Shown: positions 28,190-40,648 of the stretch, piece after piece
Numbering within the stretch: position 1 is the stretch's first letter
How the letters are laid out: each line of letters starts with the position of its first letter
From: Octopus sinensis
Taxonomy: Eukaryota
Direction of reading: 5' to 3'
Assembly: GCF_006345805.1 (NCBI RefSeq)
Contig: NC_043004.1
Coordinates: 102,362,001-102,426,000 of the forward strand
Length of the DNA: 64,000 nt
Made by a program: the position numbers and the translations under genes
Notes under the pieces: model-generated
Database searches by the model: none
What the model was told of the DNA's origin: nothing
What the model saw: the letters and a program-made list of their open reading frames with translations, nothing else

Positions 28190-28582
28190 CTAGCAGTATC
28201 GCCCGGCGTTGCTCGGGTTTGTAAGGGAAATAACTATATAAGCATTTTTAGAGATGTAAAGTATAATAGCCATCTCAATATGGCTAACCACAAGGGGGTG
28301 GGGTTACTGTAGCTTTTTACGTTCTGAGATTTAATAATAAATTTTTAGAGAGTTACTTCCCTTATATATGCCAAAAATGCATTAAAAATGGGAAAAATTG
28401 ATGGTAAATTTTTTTTTAAATCGTAGACTCATCGTAGACGCGCGCTAATACCCAGAAGGGCTCGATATGAATCACGACTATAAGATACCCGGTTTTGGTT
28501 AAACTGCACCGCAAAATGTGTGAGTAGTTAGGAATCTAAATCGTAGGAGACAGACACACAACCTCTCTTTTATATATAAAGA
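28190..28582 (-). mobile_element. Non-autonomous Helitron, copy 3
   Basis: Nearly identical to 8510-8907 with the same termini. Confidence 0.88.
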
Positions 28583-30508
28583 TGATATCAAAAATTTTTG
28601 AAATTGCATCAGTTGCATCATTGGACTATACTTCTGATCTCCGCTTAATGGATGGCCCCGGTTGCTCTAGATATGATACGTTTCAGTTAGGCAGAGTTTA
28701 CATATCTGTGTTCCGTTAAATATAGCATGCTAATCTTATGAGCTTCTAGATGAACCGTACCAGAGAATGAAAGTTAGGCTGCTCTTTTGCCCGGGTGACT
28801 GAATTTGTTAAAGGAAGCGAACTTTGAAAGTGTTTGCTGTAAGATCTCTGTCAATCTGTTCAATACCGCCAGATGTCATGGTTGCTGGATACATGACTTC
28901 TTTCGAGAAATAGAATCCTATGAATGGACATGCAGATAGATTTCGATAGTTACCATTTGATGAGGTATGGGTTGTGTGGGGGATTATTTACGGTCGTATT
29001 ATTTGAACTGTGAAGCTATGTTGTCCATATAGAAATAAACTGACTTAAATTACGTGAATTGAAAGACTTCTAGTATATTTCAATAGGACGGAATTGATAT
29101 CTTATTAGCGTTAGGACATTCATAGCCACATTCATAGGGATTTCTAGGTTATGCGATGGATTAAAGCCAGATTACGTTTTTCTTCTTGATTCTAATCAGT
29201 TGTGTTGTGGGAAAGGTCGGGTCTTATACATACAAATTTTTCATTCAAGCCGCTCATCGCTAATACATCATTATAATAGGAGGCTGCACTATAGAAGATA
29301 TTCAAGGCAGAGATAGATCGGAGTCTCTCTTACTTATTCCGACCAAAAAAGTTCCTAATTACGGCTGGTAGATGGCTGGAATTTCTATAACTGTAATGGA
29401 TGTCCTTATTCGGCATTCTGTAGGGATAGCGCTTACCTGTTTTTAATTTCAATGTTATGCCAAGAAAAATTGACTATAGTTAAATTTGAGTGAATGGTCT
29501 GGGGTAAACCAAACTTACTTTCAACCAACACACAAGTATCCTAAGTTCTTCTACTCATAGCTCTAAGGTTAGTCATTACTGTATGGACTTTCGCTTCGGG
29601 TAAAAGTCAGCTACCTTTTTATAATGCTTTAATGCAAGTGAAAGTTCTCGATCGTGTCAATCAAACACGTTTTTAGACGACGAGGGTCTCTCTATGAGGT
29701 CGATCGGTGTGCTAAACATGGTAACTAGGTTTCATGCGAAAAATTACATTCCACTTTCGTCGAAGGAAATCTGAATTTGACGATATTGTCCAAGATACTA
29801 GATGGTCATGGCATGAAAAAGACAAGATGGTCATGGCATGAATATCATTGACCATTGTTTTGCTTATTTAAATTTGAACAGCTGGGTTCCTTGATATCTA
29901 TTTTAAACAAGATACTCACCATTTCCTAAAGGAACAACACAAAACTGACTGGCAAACTAAGTCTCAGGTTACAAGGTCTATATAATGTACAGTTACAACA
30001 CGTGCAATTTTTTCAGAATGTACGATGATGATCCGTCCATTCACCTTTTGTATTAAGACCTACACTATCTTCTCACGCAATAGCAAAATATACATGCAGT
30101 CTCAAATGCAGATAACATTACAGTCACATTCTTCTATTAATCCATAGACATAGCAGCACATCTACACCATACACCCAGAAACATGTCTTCAAACAAACAA
30201 ACAAACAAGGAAATCCACCATCTCTCTTTTCCTCAACAGCATCAGGAAAGAATACCCCAAAACACCATAAATGTATCACAGGCACTTGAGACAAAAATAT
30301 ACTAGTAATTACGTATTTAGTATCCACAGCAATCACAGATTACGAAGAAGACATTGTGAAGAATACAATATGGCGCACAAACGAGGTACCACATTCAGCA
30401 ATCACAAAGAAAGGACCATATTAATGAAGGGAAAATAGATTAGGTTCATCTTGGATTATATAAGTCACCCAGAGTCTCCTTCTATCTATCTATCTATCTA
30501 TCTATCTC

Positions 30509-30539
<31 letters not shown>

Positions 30540-30568
30540 GCTTGTCTGACTGTCTGCCAGTCTATTTG

Positions 30569-30648
<80 letters not shown>

Positions 30649-30683
30649 TATATATATCTTATATATACATCTTTCTTTCTCTC

Positions 30684-30714
<31 letters not shown>

Positions 30715-30727
30715 CACATATACATAT

Positions 30728-30758
<31 letters not shown>

Positions 30759-31181
30759 ATATATATATATATACATACACACATATATATATATACACAT
30801 ATATACACACACAGACATATATATATATAGATATATACTTATACAAACAGACATATATACATTTGTGTATACATATGTAGATATGCATGCTTAAATAAGT
30901 ATATACGTGTGTGTGTGTATGTGTGTTTACTGAGAGACACAAAGAGAAAGAGAGAGGGTGGGGGAGAAATAAATTGATATATAGGTAAACAGATAGACAG
31001 AGGCTGCTTTTGTTACGAACAAAGATTTTATCATTACACCTCAGTGCGCGAACACTCGCACACGAGGACACACACATACCTAGCAGTACCCACATACAAA
31101 TATGTGTTCGTGTGTGTGGCCAAATTGCAAACTATAATATATAGAATGCGAAATGTACATTATCTATCTATCGATCTATCT

Positions 31182-31212
<31 letters not shown>

Positions 31213-31266
31213 TTTCTTCCTTACTTCCTTTCTTTTTGTCTATCTATCTGTCTGTCTGACTGTCTG

Positions 31267-31367
<101 letters not shown>

Positions 31368-32140
31368 CTAGCTAGCTATCTTTATGTCTGTCTATCTTTG
31401 TCTATCTATTTGTCTGTCTGTGGCTCTATCTATCTATTTATCTATCTATCTATATTTATTTTTTATTTTTTTATTTTATTTTATTTTTTTTTTGTTCTTT
31501 TCTTCCTATTACGATCCCCCTTGATCGAAAACCTACGCCACCCCCTTTTTTTTGTTTCTTTTGTTTTTGTTTTTTTCATCCCCCAAAAGAAAAGCTCTAC
31601 CTTGTAACTTGTCCCATCTGTGTGCAGCCCTGTGTGACCAATAAAGAAACATATCTATCTATCTGTGTGCGTGTGTCTGTCCGTTGGTCTGTATACATGT
31701 GTGTGTGATTGTGTGTAACTGTGTTTGATCGTGTGTGCGTACACAAATTAACAAACACATATGAATATGTGTGTGTGTGTGTGTATGTGTATGTATATAT
31801 GTCTTTGCATATATTCGTGTGTGTGTAAGTCTATGTCTGTGTATTCGCGTGTGCGCTTACGTGTATGTACTACACTAGCACTGCTGCACCAATACATACG
31901 CACTCACTCATAAAATCTCGCCCATATTTTATTGTTTCGCCACACCGAATAAGGATAATTAGCGCCAAGTAAACAGGTGCGAGGGATAATGTATACACAC
32001 GCTCACTGCCTGAACACGGAAAATATACACGGAAAAAGTACGCATATACATCTCAGTTGCATTTACGCTATACTTACATAAATGCATACATATAGACTGA
32101 CATACATACATATATATGGATACATATGCAAATGTTTGCA

Positions 32141-32194
<54 letters not shown>

Positions 32195-32340
32195 GGGTGA
32201 AGGTGCGTTGTATTCGTGATTGTGGTTTCGATTCTTAGACTGGGGACGCGTTGTGTTCTTGAGCAAACCACTTCATTTCACGTTGCTCCGGCCCACTCAA
32301 CTGTGTAATCCCGCACAGAATCCCGAAAATGGATTAGGAA

Positions 32341-32413
32341 GGACGTTTGGCGTAGTGGTTAAAAGCGCAGGTTACTGACACCAAGATTCCGAGTTCGATT
32401 CTAGGCAGTGGCC
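32341..32413 (+). pseudogene. tRNA-like (Val-like CTGACAC loop) SINE head followed by (ATA)n/(ATG)n and a unique tail to ~32705
   Basis: 73 nt with an A-box (TGGCGTAGTGG) and B-box (GTTCGATTC). The anticodon stem does not pair. Confidence 0.6.
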
Positions 32414-32458
<45 letters not shown>

Positions 32459-32482
32459 TAATAATAATAATAATAATGATGT

Positions 32483-32529
<47 letters not shown>

Positions 32530-32710
32530 AATAATAATAATAATAATGATGATGATGATAATAATAATAATAACATCGAAAAAAACCTTTAGGAATGAGA
32601 ACCCAGGTTCGAAATTTCCCCAAGACACACAAACAAGATGAGGACAAATATCCGTCGAATATAAATAATCTAAATAATGTACATAATTCCTCATCTCTAG
32701 AACTATATAC

Positions 32711-32748
<38 letters not shown>

Positions 32749-32849
32749 TAAATCCCAAGAAAGAAGATCAAAGACAAAATAAACACAAGAACTCGAGTAC
32801 GTGACACACGTAAAGTATTAACAGACGCTCAGGGAAGGAAAGGAAGATG

Positions 32850-32885
32850 GTTTAACGTTTCGAGCAGACGCTCTTCTTCAGAAAC
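32850..32885 (-). ncRNA. Minimal type I hammerhead motif, family H2, core intact
   Basis: GUUU CUGAAGA A GAGC GUCU GCUC GAAA CG UU AAAC: 4-bp stem I, 4-bp stem II, palindromic ACGU stem III. Confidence 0.65.
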
Positions 32886-32988
32886 AGAGGAAAGTCAGTC
32901 CAATAGAAAAGGAAGACGGAGAGAGAAAATCGGCAACGTTTCACATGTGGTTACATTTTGAAATGTATATATGTATATAATATATATA

Positions 32989-33047
<59 letters not shown>

Positions 33048-33062
33048 CATACATACATATAT

Positions 33063-33094
<32 letters not shown>

Positions 33095-33239
33095 ATATAT
33101 TCATATTATATATATATATTTTAATATCAGTGGGGGATGTATATGTGCGTCTGCGTTTGTTACTCCACTGCTTGACAACCGGTATTTGTTTGTTTATGTT
33201 TAAACTACCGGTTTAACTAAAATATGACTACTGGGATCG

Positions 33240-33281
<42 letters not shown>

Positions 33282-33412
33282 CACAAACACACTTACACAC
33301 ATACACAAACGTTTACACATTCACACTCTTATGCTGTTAGCTTCAGTATTGGAGCACCTACCATTAATGCGTGTGTGTATTTGGGTGCATGCATATACGT
33401 ATTAGTATATAA

Positions 33413-33565
33413 GGGCAGCGAATTGGCAGAGTCGTTAGCACGCTGGACGAAATGCTTAGCGGTTTGTCGCCCGTCGCTACGTTCTGAGTTCAAATTACGC
33501 TGAGGTCGACTTTGCCTTTGAAGTCGAATGAAACGCTGGGTTCGATAAATCAAGTACCAGTGAAA
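33413..33565 (+). mobile_element. SINE family B, 3'-truncated
   Basis: gggcagcgaattggcagagtcgttagcacg head plus gtcgactttgcctt core. Confidence 0.8.
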
Positions 33566-33746
33566 TGCCTTGTGCCGCCACTAGAAAGGATATATGTATA
33601 AGTATATATACACACATCTACATACGTACACACACACCTACACAAACACACTCACTCACACATACACACACACGCACATATAAATTATGTGTATCGGTCT
33701 ATCAGTATATAGGTATACATACATATACATACATGTGTGTGTATAT

Positions 33747-33786
<40 letters not shown>

Positions 33787-33806
33787 CATGTATACATATA
33801 TATACA

Positions 33807-33880
<74 letters not shown>

Positions 33881-33903
33881 AGCTAGCTAGCTAGCTAGCT
33901 AGC

Positions 33904-33963
<60 letters not shown>

Positions 33964-34250
33964 CAGATCACACACGTACATACATTCATTGATACATACA
34001 CACACATACAAACATACATTCATGATTATATGCACATACATACACATACACATGCATGTGTGCATGTGTGTTAATATTTCCTTGAGGTGTCTGTAAGGCT
34101 CGTGTGCAAATATGTGTACGTACGTATGTATGTATGTATGTATGTATGTATGCATGTATGCATGTATGCATGTATGTATGTATGCATGTATGCATGTATG
34201 TACGTAAGTACGTATGTATGTATGTATGTGTGTATGTATGTATGTATGTA

Positions 34251-34281
<31 letters not shown>

Positions 34282-34308
34282 ATGTATGCATGCATATATG
34301 TATGTATG

Positions 34309-34341
<33 letters not shown>

Positions 34342-35137
34342 GTGTGTGTATGTATGTATGTATGTACGTATGTATGTATGTATGTATGTATGTATGTATG
34401 TATGTTTGTATGTATGTAAGTATGTATGTATGTATGTATGTATGTGTGTATGTAATGGTGCGTATACAGACTATCCTCCAGGTTTATAAGATTAGTGCCG
34501 TATATTTGTCGAAGGACTAAATATTTATATTATTCAAATAGGCTGTATATAACAGTATGTATAACAGGAAATTATATATACTATTCCTATACATATACAT
34601 ACAATCACATGTGTATGTATGAAGGTATAATCAGTAGTGCCTGGTGCAACCCCTGATTTTAAGCCCACCCGTCCCCGCCAGCCCACCCTAATGCTTATAC
34701 AAAATTATACACCAGACCTAAAAGTGCCGCGCCCACAAAACGCAACGCCCGGAGAAGACCGACTCTCTCGCACTTCCGAGATACATTCGTTATGTATACA
34801 GGTGCGTACCTATATATGTATGCATGTGAGTGTGGATGTATGTATGTATGTATTTATGCATGTACGTATGAATCTATGTATTATATATATATATATGTAT
34901 GTAAGGATGCATGCATGTATGCACGTACGTACGTGCGTACATAGATGTGTGTATGTACGTATGTATAATTGAAAAAAGGAATGTATTTATTCAGGTAAAT
35001 ATGTGGGAATGTATCCACTCATATATGTAGTTATACAAAGAAAATGCATCGTAGAAAATGCACACACACACACACCACATATATATACATACATACATAC
35101 ATACATATATACATATATATACATATATACACACACA

Positions 35138-35237
35138 NNNNNNNNNNNNNNNNNNNNNNNNNNNNNNNNNNNNNNNNNNNNNNNNNNNNNNNNNNNNNNN
35201 NNNNNNNNNNNNNNNNNNNNNNNNNNNNNNNNNNNNN
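35138..35237. other. Assembly gap (100 N)
   Basis: Run of N next to an (AT/AC)n tract. Confidence 1.
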
Positions 35238-35651
35238 GCGGTATTGTCCCCCGGGGCCAGACTGTCAATCAAGTTCTACTGTTGTGTTTTGAAGCGTTTG
35301 TGGGTGGACATTCGGCAAAAGCGATTGTATCTGTGGAGCGCGAAGAATTGTATTCTTCACGGCGACAATGCACGCTGTCACTGAGCACCTCATTTGGAAG
35401 ATTTTCGCCAAATTTAGCACCTGCGGACTTCCATCTCTTCCTTAAGATGAAAATGCAACTCAAAGGTCGCCGTTTTAACACCGTTGTCCAGAACAAAAGC
35501 GTATTGCAGAAGGTCCTCGACTCACTGAAAACGGTTTCCAGGCCAGATTCCAAATATGACAAGGACGCTGGGACTGATGTTTTGCTTAGGCAAATAAGTT
35601 ATTTTTTTATTAAACATAACTCGTCCGGGAACTTTTTGATACCAACTCGTA
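35238..35651 (+). mobile_element. Mariner transposase C-terminal fragment with 3' TIR
   Basis: FYCCVLKRL..DIRQKR..LW...ILHGDNARCH and FSPNLAPADFHLFLKMKMQLKGRRF (DD34D motifs, frameshifted). Ends actttttgataccaactcg|TA. Confidence 0.88.
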
Positions 35652-36065
35652 GTCTTTCATGAATCTCCATCTTGTGCTACAATGGCTTTGTATATCACCA
35701 TATTAAAATGCATGATCCTTTAAGCAGAAAGTTATGGGTGGATCTAAAATTACAAGTTTGCTGCTGTGTTTTGTATGTAAGGGGGTCATATATTTTTGGC
35801 AAGGCGATATTTCCCAAAGAACAATAGCTGTTTTGGTCTGGTATTCTTTTTGTTCGAAGAATGTGTAAAATTTAACTGTAAGTGAAAAAATGACTGGTTA
35901 ATAATGACATGAATCCTCTCCCTATATTAGTTCTCTATGAACTATTTCTTCGTTAAAGTAGACTTACTTTGGTTGGGGCAGCATGTGATTTAATAATTTA
36001 ATAATGAGCTAAATTCTTATATACTGACGGGTGCGTTCGACCGTGCCCAATATAGCGAGAACAGT

Positions 36066-36289
36066 AACAACACGGATGGAATCAGTATAGGAACATCTGT
36101 CTTAAATAAATACGCTGAAAATTCAAGCGATCAATGTTTTAGATGAATCCGCATCTCTGTTTGGTTACTCCATGTTCTGGAAATAGCATAGAGGAACCGA
36201 ATGGAGACGCTGATCCATCTAAAACATTGATCGCTTGACTTTTTATTAAAGTTAGATGTTACTATACTGATTCCATCTATGGGGTTGTT
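36066..36289. repeat. ~224-bp fold-back palindrome
   Basis: gatggaatcagtatag / ctatactgattccatc and a perfect 23-bp pair tcaagcgatcaatgttttagatg / catctaaaacattgatcgcttga. Pairing continues almost to the apex. Confidence 0.85.
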
Positions 36290-36896
36290 GTTTGATACAT
36301 GTATCGAACACTAGAATGGAACACTAGCACATCGCCACCCCACCCCACCCCACAGCCTAATGACAGAATAAAATTCCCATAAACAAATAATAATATGAAA
36401 CTAATACAATAGATAGATAAATAAATAGAATTAAGTATTTAAATAACTACACGAAATACAATAAATTAATTTTAAAAAAAAAGAAAAAAAGTAAGTAGAT
36501 AAAAACAAATAAATAAAATAAATGAAATTAAATGAACGTGAAAAAGTAGGAGATACTAATAATGCAGGTGCCATACACATTTCCACACACACACTTACCA
36601 AACATAGATACACACACACACACACAGAGATATACGCATGTGCAAATAAAGACACATACAATAGGGACACAAAATGGCAGATCGTTATGGCACAAAAAAG
36701 AAAGTAGAAAATAAAGGACCATTGATAAGGTCACAGAAGTGTGACGAAAGAACTCAGGCCGAAATATAATTAATATGAAATAAACTGAAGCAAACGAACA
36801 CCGAATAAATAGTGCGTGTGTTTTCATTGGCTAAATTGACAACATAACCATCCCCAAATACAACAATATATATACATATATATACAGAGAGAGAGA

Positions 36897-37602
36897 GAGT
36901 GGGGAGAGAGAAATGTAAGGATAAGCAAGTTAGGCAGATGAATATATAAAGTTTTACTATATTAATACATGAAATACAAAACTATATTCATGTTTACAAA
37001 CAAAAATGTCCAATTTATAAAGAATACAATTCGTATGGAGAATCAAAGGGGTTGAAGAAAAGTTTTTCAAATCCAACAGCTGTTTCTGGGGACTCGGCGG
37101 TCCAAAATAGTGTTTGTAGATTGACTCCTTACATTTGCGGTGTTAAAGGAAAGAAAGTTCAAAGATGGAATGATTTTGTAGAGAGCTAAGTGCATTAGAA
37201 GGGGAAGTTGGTGGGTATTCAGATAGAGAATACCTCCCCAAATCTACCTCTCCCCCTTAATACACTTAGCTCTCCGCAAAATCATTCCATCTTTGAACTT
37301 TTTTCCTTTAATACCTCAAGTGTAAGATCTCTTCCCTGATGACGGAGGCTCGTCTCGGCCAATGATGGAATCAATCCACAAACATTATTTTGGACCGCCG
37401 AGCCCCCCAGAAACAGCTGTTGGATTTGTAGCACTTTTCTTCAACCCTTTTAATCCTCTATACCAGTTGTATTCTTTTTAAGCCAGACCATTCCTTATGT
37501 AAACATATATACAATTTTCGTATTTCACGTATTAATATAGTAAAACTTTATATACTGATCTGCTTAAATCGCTTATCCCTATATTTATTTCTATACCCAC
37601 TC
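36897..37602. repeat. ~700-bp imperfect palindrome with a 7-nt loop
   Basis: Apex gtattc-agataga-gaatac (37215-37233). Arms pair throughout, e.g. aaatccaacagctgtttctgggg / ccccagaaacagctgttggattt. Confidence 0.9.
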
Positions 37603-37675
37603 AAGCTTAATTCCCTTGAACACTAGTAAGTGTATTCTATACGGAGAATATCTGATTCTTATCTATGAACTATAT

Positions 37676-37718
<43 letters not shown>

Positions 37719-37844
37719 TATATAAATTAGAGATAAACCACTATTAGGCAAATCAAACATAAACCGAAACATAGAAATATAATTAATTAATATAATATAC
37801 AAATATATAAAATATAAAATTCAAAATTTAAATTTTTTAAATTA

Positions 37845-37882
37845 TCACTGACGAGGCCCAATAAGGTTGAAATGCATCTGAC
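37845..37882 (+). ncRNA. Minimal type I hammerhead motif, family H3, core intact
   Basis: UCA CUGACGA GGCC CAAUAA GGUU GAAA UGCA UC UGA: palindromic AUGCAU stem III, AUC cleavage triplet. Confidence 0.7.
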
Positions 37883-38125
37883 GTTCTTGGTAGTAGGTGA
37901 CGGGACGATTTTTGCCTATCACCAGTATATATAGCATTTTTAATGCAAAGCATCTATAAGAGATTTTATATGCGAAGAAAATTTCAGTATCTTTCCTATC
38001 AAAGATGTATATGCTTTAAATATAATACATAGATGGCTATTTTAATTTAATGCTGCTTCTGTTGTGTATAGTAGATGTGCATGTGTGTGCGCGCACGTGT
38101 GTGTGTAAAGACAGAGAAAGAGAGA

Positions 38126-38231
<106 letters not shown>

Positions 38232-38236
38232 CAGAC

Positions 38237-38319
<83 letters not shown>

Positions 38320-38729
38320 CTATTTATTTCTAACAAGCGGGGGATATGCGGGGGAGTACGGACCACACAAGATGTTCGCTTAATTCACGTATATTGCGGT
38401 AGCAGAAGGTGTGTTACTTTTAAGGAAGGAAGGCCTATTTAGCTACTGCACAGGGCAACCAAAACCCATGCAACGTTACTTAGCAACAGAAACACTTTTG
38501 AGTCTCTTCTTAGCTCTCAGTTACAAAGCACTAAATACGATGACTGGTGGATTATCTCTCATGTCGTCATGTCCCACATAAAAAACAACACTTCTTGAAG
38601 CTATAATTTCACGAATAGACTAATGCAACGGTATACTTCACAACTGCTATATTTTAACTTATATCTCTATGGGTATATTTTTCACGCCCAACTAGAAATT
38701 CTAACCAATTTGTCTGCAAATCCTACTCT

Positions 38730-39600
38730 CAAATACAGATGATGTTATAGGAATCTCTTCCCATTATTTCAAACTTGCACCAACAAACTACAAAAAAATC
38801 CAGTTAAAAATACTAGAAATAACATTAATTAAAGACATCAATAATTTTTTACGAGAAACCCTAAAGAACATCAAATACAACCGCCTCGTACAATACCCAC
38901 TCTTACGTTGATATCACGATTCTGCCTTCCTATTTAACCTTTTCCAACCAAGCATCATCTACATGCAACCTACAAACCATACGTCAAACTAATATTGGCT
39001 CCGTAAACGAAGACCTCGACAACATCTCCTTGTGGGGCCATGACAACCTCGTCTCTTTTAATATGAAAATACCTCGCGTATTACTCATATCAAGCAAACA
39101 CAACCACATCAAACCTCCTCTGATCATGAGCAGCACCCAGCTAGAACCCCTCATAGTTGCTTCAAATAGTGAGCTTCATCATCGCAAAGGATTTCTCCAA
39201 TTGACAGTACATCTTTATCATAGTTACGGCTGCATCCCGATGGTTAGCCCTTATCTTTAGAGCAAGAACATATTCCATTCCCTTCCCAGAAGCCTTTGGC
39301 ATTCTAAACAGTTCAAGTGAAGCACACGATGTTGAACTGCATGCACCTCTGGGACGATACTGCTGCTACGCACGCATACATCTTGGACCATGTCTAGAGA
39401 AGGGTCACGCGACTGACTGACATTCAATTACTAAAAGACACATTACAGCTTCTGCTCCTCGGAGCTGGTTGGTCTCGTACTCCCACCGCTCAGGCATTTC
39501 CGGCCTCCGTCTCTGTACCCTTGTTGTACTCATCCCACCCTAGGTCCACGCACTAACCACTGAAATCTCCTCTCTGATGCCTTTCTTGCAGTTGTTGTGG
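38730..39600 (+). mobile_element. Degenerate CR1-clade LINE RT C-terminal fragment
   Basis: Frameshifted Y(A)DD at ~38732, then VNEDLDNISLWGHDNLVSFNMKIPRVLLISSKH, resembling the CR1 DL..I..WG..NLV.FN..KT motif. Confidence 0.7.
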
Positions 39601-39925
39601 TACAACATTTTAAACGGAATATTACGGGCGTAAAAATGACTGAATCTCGGAGGGCCTTCATGAGTCATGGGCACTATCCCCACCTCCAAATACAGCAAAA
39701 GAACCCATTACAGTCCCGTCATAAGTATATCATACACATTCCTTACCACTAGACATCACTGTCTCGAGCCCTAGGAATCATAGGGACAGGCTACCCGGTT
39801 TCGGATTGAGTCCCACTACGCAATATCTGGAACAATGCCTTCTACGGTCCCAGACCGACCAATACATTGTAAGTGAATCTGGTACACCGAATCTACGTGG
39901 AAGCCCATCGTGTGTGTGTGTACAA

Positions 39926-40552
39926 GAGACAAAAGCAGTAACTATGCTGAAAAGTAATGATTATTGCCACTTAAACATAGCTGTTCTATAGGAAGCGATG
40001 TTACTGCTATTTCTAACCTCAGGAAGACGCAATCTGTACCCGATATACATTGCAAGCAGAGGGGGTGAACCCCTACCATCTTCCAGCCACGAGACCACCA
40101 TACGGTTTCGACCTCTTTGTAGTCATCCTCGGTAATGGATACTCGTCCACTAGAGACAGCAGTAGTTCATTCCAGTTCGCAACATATAGAGAACAGGTGA
40201 CACACAATCACTGATCTTGCAACAAGCAAACTAACAAGTAGGAAATTCTGTATAAGAGATGAAAGCAGTAACTATACTGAGAAGTAATGCTTATCGCCTC
40301 TGAAACATGGCTGTTCCGTAAGAATCGATGTTATTGCTATTTTTAACCCAGGAGAACGCCTACTCCTGCTGGGTATTCTGTACTCGATATATATTACAAT
40401 CTGCACTCGATATATATTGCAAGCAGGAGAGTGAACTCCTAGCATCTTCCAGCCACGAGACCACCAAGACTGTACGGTTTCGACCTCTTTGTGGTCATCC
40501 TCGGTGGTGGATACTCGTCTGCTAGAGATAACAGTAGTACACTCCAGCTCGC
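39926..40552 (-). repeat. Head-to-tail tandem pair of ~260-300 bp units, each with a hammerhead motif (family H4)
   Basis: Unit 1 39926-40185 and unit 2 40255-40552 align along their length. HHR motifs at 40095-40138 and 40461-40510 on the minus strand. Confidence 0.8.
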
Positions 40553-40557
40553 TTCAA

Positions 40558-40648
40558 GAACGCTTCAAGAATTTGCGTGTCATCCTTGCGCAGGGTCATT
40601 CTAATCTTCTCTAAATCGTTCCAATTTTAGAATATGCACTGACGAAGC
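40558..40648 (-). pseudogene. U6: U6 snRNA pseudogene (about U6 nt 7-98)
   Basis: Reverse complement aligns to canonical U6 at ~89% by hand alignment (CTAAAATTGGAACGAT..AGAGAAGATTAG..ATG..CCCTGCGCAAGGATGACACGCAAATTC). ACAGAGA box mutated to TTAGAGA and no 3' U-tract. Confidence 0.92.

Noticed and set aside
29437-29498. Minus-strand 62-nt exon with CAG|GTAAG
   Set aside because: AT-rich, weak acceptor and unrecognised peptide, lying within degenerate repeat-like sequence.
32341-32413. Functional tRNA-Val gene
   Set aside because: The anticodon stem is unpaired, the acceptor stem has a mismatch, and it is followed by a microsatellite rather than an oligo-T terminator. Treated as a SINE head or pseudogene.
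35003-35662. 219-aa ORF
   Set aside because: Reads through a microsatellite and the 100-N gap into a frameshifted Mariner relic. Not a real gene.
40558-40648. Functional U6 gene
   Set aside because: The ACAGAGA box is mutated, both ends are missing and there is no U-tract.
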